Source: Mizuhopecten yessoensis (lineage: Eukaryota). From it: a stretch of DNA of 64,000 bases. Numbering within the stretch: the stretch's first letter is position 1; every line of letters begins with the position of its first letter. Where the stretch lies: the NCBI RefSeq assembly GCF_002113885.1, contig NW_018408902.1, forward strand, positions 2,069,485 through 2,133,484, in the 5' to 3' direction. The translations under genes were made by a program, and so were the position numbers. This document shows, one piece after another, positions 63,301 to 64,000 of the stretch. The notes under the pieces were generated by a model. The model worked only from the letters and a program-made list of their open reading frames with translations, was not told the DNA's origin and did no database searches.

Positions 63301-63568
63301 TCAAACTCTATGAATTATTGATTCATGTTTCAGAGTGCTAATTAAATGTATAAGGTCATGGTCATACCGAGTTATACTGACTAACACATATTGACTTCAT
63401 TTCTGAATGAATTTTGATGAAGTGTCATGCGATAAAGTCAAAAACCCTGAGTATGTAAAGATAATCTTGAATGAGATGGCAGGTCGTTGGTAAGATGCAT
63501 ATGCATCACAAGGGAAGTCATTGTACAACCGACTATGCAGCGGGATTCAAATTGTGTGCTTTGCCTTA

Positions 63569-64000
63569 GTTTTAGCTCACCAGTGGCCCAAAGGGCCAAG
63601 TGGGCACGGTGCGGCATTCGTCGTCCGTCCGGCGTCAACATTTTACTTTAAACAACTTCTTCTGAATAACTAAGAGGCCCAGGCTGATGATATTTGGCCA
63701 GTAGCATGCATAGATGAAGGGCTACCAAGTTTGTTCAAACGAATGACCTTGACCCACTTTCAAGGTCACATGGGTCAAATGTCTTAAAAATCTTCAAACA
63801 ACTTCTCAATAACCAAAAGGCCCAGGGTACTGATATTGGGCATGTAGCTGGCTGTGATGAAGGGCTACAAAGTTCGTTCAAATGAATGACCTTGACCAAC
63901 TTTCAAGGTCACAGGGGTCAAATGTCTTAAAATCTTCAAACGACTTGTTCTCAATAACCAAAAAGCCTAGGTTACTAAAATTGGGCCTGTAGCATGCATG
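63569..64000 (-). mobile_element. HINE-like element (runs off the window)
   Basis: TTTAGCTCACC.GTGGCCCAAAGGGCCA terminal palindrome, (CGTC)n, and about 140-bp internal repeats containing GAATGACCTTGACC. Confidence 0.7.

Overview
Eukaryotic, AT-rich, intron-containing DNA, most likely from a bivalve mollusc (inferred from the repeat families and gene types). Four genes can be reconstructed exon by exon from GT-AG junctions. Three are on the + strand: a secreted dermatopontin/hemagglutinin-amebocyte aggregation factor (3981-6473), coactosin-like COTL1 (15617-20353) and TDP-43/TARDBP (24114-29331). The fourth is a DHRS1-type short-chain dehydrogenase (58258-48326, - strand) that looks damaged: the catalytic Tyr is replaced by Cys and coding exon 7 is frameshifted. 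The rest is nested mobile DNA (CR1-type LINEs, TTAA-flanked Kolobok-like elements, MULE and Harbinger MITEs, Helentron-associated HINE-like elements, a Penelope-like RT remnant) and many minisatellites. The most unusual feature is that three independent tandem arrays inside DHRS1 (97, 61 and 57 bp units) are each built from one of the gene's own exon/intron junctions. Together they create dozens of duplicated splice sites, and in two arrays use of these sites would keep the reading frame. Most other ORFs in the supplied track are translations of repeats and are not genes.
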